This document shows, in pieces, positions 29,977-34,591 of a stretch of DNA of 34,591 nucleotides (its first letter is position 1; every line of letters starts with the position of its first letter). Source of the stretch: Novosphingobium sp. (lineage in GTDB: Bacteria > Pseudomonadota > Alphaproteobacteria > Sphingomonadales > Sphingomonadaceae); assembly GCA_035525735.1 (NCBI GenBank), contig DATLDS010000216.1:1-34591 (forward strand). The letters run 5' to 3'. The translations under genes and the position numbers were made by a program. Below the pieces are notes generated by a model that saw only the letters and a program-made list of their open reading frames with translations, did no database searches and had not been told where the DNA came from.

Positions 29977-30879
29977 TTAGGTGGAAGAGTGCAGGGTCGG
30001 GCGCGGCGTCGGCAGGTGCAGCGCCTGAACCGCCGCGCCCGCCGCCTCGTGGCGAGCGCGCATCACCGCGCCGAGGATGGGGTGGGGCTTGGCGGCGTAA
30101 TCGCGCGGGTTCATCCCCATGAAGCGGTGGAAGTCGCGGACGAACTGCGCCTGGTCGTGGTAATGGCTGTCGAGCGCGCCGATCCACTTGAGCGAGGGGT
30201 CGAGCATGAACTGCGCAAGGCTGCGCATGAAGCGCTGGCGGCGCAGCAGCAGTTGCGGGGGAAAGCCGAAGTGGCGGCGGCAGACGCGCTCGAGCGTGTA
30301 AGGCGCGATCCCAGCGTGCTCCGCCATCTCGGCGACGTTCGCGACGTCGGCATCGACCAGCGCGGCGTGGCACGCGACGATCCGGTCCTCGTCGGTCAGC
30401 TTGCGGTGCTTGCGCGCGAGGAAATGCGCCTCGATCCGGGCGAGCTCGGCCGCGGAATCGCGGCGTCCGCCGAACAGCCCGTCGGCGAGGCCGACGAAAT
30501 CGGCGAAGGCGGGATGATCGTGGCCGTCGATCAGCACGTCGGCGAGCCCCGCGGCGGGCGCGCCGACGAACTTGGCCCAGCCCAGCGGCAACAGCCCCAC
30601 GCCCCACATCCGCACCGAGCCGGCGGTGAAGCGGATGCACGTGCTGGTCGGCCCGTGCGCGATGAAACTGGCGTGCGAGACCGGCGGCTTGCCCGGCAGC
30701 TCGGCGTCGGGGATGTCTCCGGCGATGAACCGCAACCCGGCCCATTCGGGATGGAGCCAGTCGGTCACCCGGCCGCCATCTTCGACGATCACCTCGGTCT
30801 CGTAGAAACTGGTGAAATAGCGCGCGAGCGTCGCCGGGGGCGGATGAAACCGCACGTTGACGGTGCAACCGTCGCTCAC
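29977..30879 (-). CDS. AraC family transcriptional regulator (paralogue of 28990-29880)
   Basis: LERVCRRHFGFPPQLLLRRQRF...YHDQAQFVRDFHRFMGMNP; GTG start. Confidence 0.9.
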   Translation of the reverse strand: MSDGCTVNVRFHPPPATLARYFTSFYETEVIVEDGGRVTDWLHPEWAGLRFIAGDIPDAELPGKPPVSHASFIAHGPTSTCIRFTAGSVRMWGVGLLPLGWAKFVGAPAAGLADVLIDGHDHPAFADFVGLADGLFGGRRDSAAELARIEAHFLARKHRKLTDEDRIVACHAALVDADVANVAEMAEHAGIAPYTLERVCRRHFGFPPQLLLRRQRFMRSLAQFMLDPSLKWIGALDSHYHDQAQFVRDFHRFMGMNPRDYAAKPHPILGAVMRARHEAAGAAVQALHLPTPRPTLHSST

Positions 30880-30977
30880 TGCGCGCGCCCCTATGTTTTT
30901 GGTCGTCCCGGCTGCGCAATTAAGCGCAACCGCGCCGCCAGGTAAAGCGGCGCGAGCACCTCGACCGTCGGCGCAAC

Positions 30978-31010
30978 GAAAAAGGGCGCCGGCCGCGCCG
31001 ACGCCCTTTC
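30978..31010 (-). terminator. Rho-independent terminator of rpmI-rplT
   Basis: Minus strand GAAAGGGCGTCGGC-GCG-GCCGGCGCCC-TTTTT. Confidence 0.85.
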
Positions 31011-31030
31011 GTGTCTTCGCTGGGCTCGCC

Positions 31031-31393
31031 TCAGGCGGCGGGCAGCGCGCTCTTGGCTTGCGCGATGATGTGCGCGAACACGCCCCCTTCGTTCATCGCC
31101 AGGTCGGCCATGATCTTGCGGTCGAGCGTGATCCCGGCGAGCTTGGCGCCGTGGATGAACTGCGAATACGTCAGCCCCTCGGCGCGGACCGCGGCGTTGA
31201 TCCGCTGGATCCACAATGCGCGGAACGAGCGCTTCTTCACCTTTCGGTCGCGGTAGGCGTATTGCCCGGCCTTCTCGACCGCCTGGCGGGCGACGCGAAT
31301 CGTGTTCTTGCGGCGGCCGCGATAGCCCTTGGCCTGCTCGAGAATATTCTTGTGCTTGGCGCGGGTGGTTACGCCTCTTTTGACACGTGCCAT
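31031..31393 (-). CDS. rplT: 50S ribosomal protein L20
   Basis: MARVKRGV...AKGYRGRRK...AYRDRK.KKR.FR.LWI.RINAA. Confidence 0.99.
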   Translation of the reverse strand: MARVKRGVTTRAKHKNILEQAKGYRGRRKNTIRVARQAVEKAGQYAYRDRKVKKRSFRALWIQRINAAVRAEGLTYSQFIHGAKLAGITLDRKIMADLAMNEGGVFAHIIAQAKSALPAA

Positions 31394-31459
31394 GTTTCAG
31401 TACTCCGAATTTCTGATCGCGATTTCCGAGTCGCCGGACGTTGTCCGGCTCGAAATCGC

Positions 31460-31663
31460 TCAGTTCAAACCGTACGGTGCCCACTTCTTGATCACCTTCG
31501 CATCGGCGTCGGAGATCACGGAAGTGCCGCGGTGCTGGCGGATGTACTTGGCGTTGTGGCTGATCAGGCGGTGGCGCTTGCCGACCGCGCCGTGCTTGAT
31601 CTTGCCGGTGGCGGTGAGCTTGAAGCGTTTCTTGACGCCGCTCTTGGTCTTGAGCTTGGGCAT
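31460..31663 (-). CDS. rpmI: 50S ribosomal protein L35
   Basis: [21 protein letters not shown]...KRH; AGGAG RBS. Confidence 0.99.
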   Translation of the reverse strand: MPKLKTKSGVKKRFKLTATGKIKHGAVGKRHRLISHNAKYIRQHRGTSVISDADAKVIKKWAPYGLN

Positions 31664-31820
31664 TTTCGTCTCCTGTTCGGGGACACGCAGACCGGCCCTG
31701 GCAGCCCTAGATAGCCAGGCAGGTCATCGATTCCGTGTCGATTGAAGGGGGGGCGCTTAGCGGCGGGAGGCACAAAACGCAAGCGCGTGGTAGAGCGGAG
31801 GGCGCAACGACTCGAAAGGC

Positions 31821-32243
31821 ATGGTCATGGACCCGAACGAGCAAGGCCCGGCGGGCGGTCTCGCGCCGCACCTCACCATCCGCGACGGCAAGGCGGGCGA
31901 AGCGATCGACTTCTACGCGCGCGCGTTCGGCGCGAAGGAGATCGGCCGGCACATGGCCGAGGACGGCAAGCGCGTGATGCACGCGCACCTCAATCTCAAC
32001 GGCGCCGCGCTGATGCTCAACGACGACTTTCCCGAGATGCGCGGCGGCGGCGACGCGCCCGCGCCCGCCGGGGTCACGCTCCACCTCCAGGTCGACGATG
32101 CCGACAAATGGTGGAACCGCGCGACCGGGGCCGGGGCGAGCGTGCGCTTCCCGCTCGACGATCAGTTCTGGGGCGACCGCTACGGCCAGGTCGACGACCC
32201 GTTCGGCTTCACCTGGTCGATCGGCTCGCCGTCGCGCAAGTAG
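31821..32243 (+). CDS. VOC/glyoxalase (PhnB-like) family protein
   Basis: AIDFYARAFGA.E, VMHAHL, DQFWGDRYGQV.DPFG..W. Confidence 0.92.
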   Translation: MVMDPNEQGPAGGLAPHLTIRDGKAGEAIDFYARAFGAKEIGRHMAEDGKRVMHAHLNLNGAALMLNDDFPEMRGGGDAPAPAGVTLHLQVDDADKWWNRATGAGASVRFPLDDQFWGDRYGQVDDPFGFTWSIGSPSRK

Positions 32244-33189
32244 CGCCGCACTCCCCCAGCGCGGCGGCGAGGCGCTTCGGGTCGTAAAGCGAGCGCGAGG
32301 CGTCGCGTAGCAGCGGCACGCGCCAACGGTCGGCGCGGGCGAGCCAGCGGCGAAAGTGCTCGTCGAGCTTGGGTCCGCCCGAGCCAATGGCGCGCTGAAG
32401 GCTGAGAAGCTCGTCGTCGGCGGCGAGCAATCGCGAGCGCGACGCGGGCAGGGCCGGATAGCGCTCGCCGAGGCGGCCCAGTGCCGAGCGCGCGCTCGCG
32501 AGCATCAGCCGCGCGCTTTCGCGGTCGCCCGAGGCTTGACGCTCGCGCGCCGCCGCTACTCCGCGGATCGCCGCGTCGATCGCGAACTCCGAGCCGAGCG
32601 GTGCATCGCCGCTCGTCGGGCAAACGCGCGCGTCGATCGCGCGGACGTAGGCGACCAGCCCGTCGAGCACCGCGGGCGGCGGCTCGCGCCCGTCGAACTC
32701 CTCGACGATCAGCCCACGGATGAATTTCGCCAGCGCCGGGTCGCCCGTCGCGCGGCTGACCTTGGCGGGCCGCGCGAGGTCGGGGATCGGCTTGGGATCG
32801 AACACCTCGTCGCCGCGGTGCGCGCTCATCAGCGGGGCGGTGACGTCGGCGGTGCCGGGCGCGCCCGACAGTCCGGGAAAGCGGAACGCACGATTGCCGC
32901 GCCCGTTGACGTGGCAGCTCTCGCACGACAGCCCGAGCCGCGCCGCCTGGCCGCCGAGCAGCGCGGGCGCGCGGAACGCGGCGCGACCGACCTCGACGCG
33001 CGCGCGCTCGGCCTTGACGGCAACCGCTGAGAGGCATTCGGGCGGTGCGCGGGTGAGCGCGTCCAGCGCCAGCGTCGGTTCGGTCCAGCGCAGCGCGGCG
33101 AGCGGCGTGTCCGTCGCAGCGGACCACGCGGCCGTCGAGGCCAGCGCCGCCGCGGTCAGGAGGCGGCGGGCGGCCCGCTGTCGATCCAC
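32209..33189 (-). CDS. Exported c-type cytochrome-like hypothetical protein (single CxxCH)
   Basis: Signal-like N-terminus; GRAAFRAPALLGG...LSCESCHVNG; GTG start at 33189 is inferred. Confidence 0.65.
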   Translation of the reverse strand: MDRQRAARRLLTAAALASTAAWSAATDTPLAALRWTEPTLALDALTRAPPECLSAVAVKAERARVEVGRAAFRAPALLGGQAARLGLSCESCHVNGRGNRAFRFPGLSGAPGTADVTAPLMSAHRGDEVFDPKPIPDLARPAKVSRATGDPALAKFIRGLIVEEFDGREPPPAVLDGLVAYVRAIDARVCPTSGDAPLGSEFAIDAAIRGVAAARERQASGDRESARLMLASARSALGRLGERYPALPASRSRLLAADDELLSLQRAIGSGGPKLDEHFRRWLARADRWRVPLLRDASRSLYDPKRLAAALGECGATCATASRSTR

Positions 33190-34073
33190 CGGCGCAGCTC
33201 CTCGGCCTCGTAGCAGCCGAACCGGCAGACTTTCTCGAGCCGCGCGAGGTTGGCGCGCGCGCCGGCGAGATCGCCGCGCTCGACCTTGAGCTCGCCGAAA
33301 TACTCCAGCGCGCCGCGATGATCGGGCGCGATGGCGAGTGCCTGGCGGTAGTAGTCCGCCGCGCGCTCGGGACGGCCGAGCTTGCGGTTGGTGAAGCCGA
33401 GATAGGTCAGCACGTCGGGGTGCGGGCCGAAGCTTTCGCCCGCGCGATACAGCGAGGCGAGCGCGGCGTCGTAACGGCGCAAGTTGATCAGCGCGACCGC
33501 CTCGCCATAGACGAGGTCGCCGGCCCGGCCGCCCGCGGCCGGCAGCGGCGCGCGCGCGGCTTGCTGGCCGGCGAGCGCGGCGCTCACCGCGAGCACCGCG
33601 GCGTCGATTCGCGCGGCATCGGGGCACGCCGTCGCGCAAGCCGTCGCCGCGGCCTTGAGCGCGTCGAGCTCGGCCTGCGCGGCGTCGCGCTCGCCCAGCT
33701 TGACCAGCGCGAGCGCCAGCGCGCGGCGCGCGTCGACGTGTGCCTTGTCGTTCTTGAGCGCCTTTTCGTAATACTTCTTGGCGTCTTTTGGCTTCTCCAA
33801 GCCGTCGCTGGCGAGCCCGGCCATGTAAGCCGTGTTGGCGTCGCGCGGCGCGACCGAGAGGACGCGGTCGAACGCGCGCTTGGCCTCGCCGAATTTCGAC
33901 GCCTGGAGCGCGGCGATGCCTTTCTGGTATTCGGCCACCGGATCGTAGCTCGGCGCGCTGTCGCTCGGCATCGAGCCCCCGCCTCCGCCCCCGCCTCCGG
34001 CGGCGTGGACGGTGAACGGGATCAGCAGCGAAACAAGCGCGGCGGCGGCCGCGAGGCGCACAGCATGGGGCAT
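33156..34073 (-). CDS. Secreted tetratricopeptide-repeat protein
   Basis: Signal peptide, Gly run, TPR-like helices (EYQKGIAAL...AKRAFDRVL...P; LTYLGF..RKLG...A..YY..AL...P); GGAG RBS. Confidence 0.85.
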   Translation of the reverse strand: MPHAVRLAAAAALVSLLIPFTVHAAGGGGGGGGSMPSDSAPSYDPVAEYQKGIAALQASKFGEAKRAFDRVLSVAPRDANTAYMAGLASDGLEKPKDAKKYYEKALKNDKAHVDARRALALALVKLGERDAAQAELDALKAAATACATACPDAARIDAAVLAVSAALAGQQAARAPLPAAGGRAGDLVYGEAVALINLRRYDAALASLYRAGESFGPHPDVLTYLGFTNRKLGRPERAADYYRQALAIAPDHRGALEYFGELKVERGDLAGARANLARLEKVCRFGCYEAEELRRWIDSGPPAAS

Positions 34074-34134
34074 GGCCAGCTCCTTGGTCTGAAGCGGGCG
34101 CAAGTTACCAGAAGCGTGCCGGGCGCGATAGCGC

Positions 34135-34591
34135 TCAGTGCGCGCAGGCGAGCGCCTCGACCGCGTCCTCGAGCCGCGCCGGATCGCCCAGCGCGAGAAT
34201 GTGACCGGTGGCATCGGGTCCCAGCGGCTCACCGCGCCAGTCGCAGACCAGCCCGCCCGCGCCTTCGATCACCGGGACCAGCGCGGCCCGGTCGTGGAGC
34301 TTGAGATCCGCTTCGCAAACGAGGTCGAGATGGCCCGAGGCGAGCATCGCATAGTTGTAGCAATCGCCCCCCATCACCATCCGCTTGTGATCGGTCCGCG
34401 CCGCGAGCGCCATGAAGTGCCCGCCGTCGTGATCGTCGAAATAGTGCGGCCCGGTGGTCGCCAGCGCCGCCTCGGACAGCGCCGGGCAGGCGCGGGTGCG
34501 GACCTCGGCGCCGTTGAGCGTGGTCGGCCGCCCCGCCGCGCCCAGCCAGCGCTCGCGAGCGATCGGCTGGTCGATCACCCCGAGCACCGGC
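34135..34591 (-). CDS. hisN: Inositol-monophosphatase family histidinol-phosphatase, 5' end outside the window
   Basis: GVIDQP...ERW, GGDCYNY.MLASG..DLV.E..LK.HD.AALVPVIEGAGG...DW.G. Confidence 0.8.
   Translation of the reverse strand, partial: PVLGVIDQPIARERWLGAAGRPTTLNGAEVRTRACPALSEAALATTGPHYFDDHDGGHFMALAARTDHKRMVMGGDCYNYAMLASGHLDLVCEADLKLHDRAALVPVIEGAGGLVCDWRGEPLGPDATGHILALGDPARLEDAVEALACAH

Overview
High-GC alphaproteobacterial chromosome segment. Gene content and style point to Sphingomonadales, probably Erythrobacteraceae (inference). Most of it is core or housekeeping: ompA-like, spinster MFS, queC, hslO, argF/argD, a two-domain cold-shock protein, terC, glnK-amtB under a sigma54 promoter, prfC, two TonB-dependent receptors, pheST, rpmI-rplT and hisN. 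The standout feature is at 795-2229. Between a YqaA-family gene and ompA, where a gene transfer agent (GTA) head-tail cluster would be expected, there is one 317-aa ORF. Its N-terminal ~174 aa look like the GTA small-terminase-like first gene and its C-terminal ~143 aa look like the end of the GTA tail/host-specificity ('megatron') gene. An intact DUF2793 tail-fibre-like gene follows. The simplest reading is an in-frame deletion of nearly the whole GTA cluster that left a chimeric gene, although misassembly must be excluded. Other items: a candidate anti-SD sRNA after amtB, tandem NtrC-like boxes, a REPIN, a candidate TetR operator, tandem AraC paralogues, a candidate rpmI leader, and an uncharacterised TPR + CxxCH gene pair. 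No rRNA, tRNA, CRISPR array or transposase was seen. All family calls come from recognising motifs by eye; no database searches were run.
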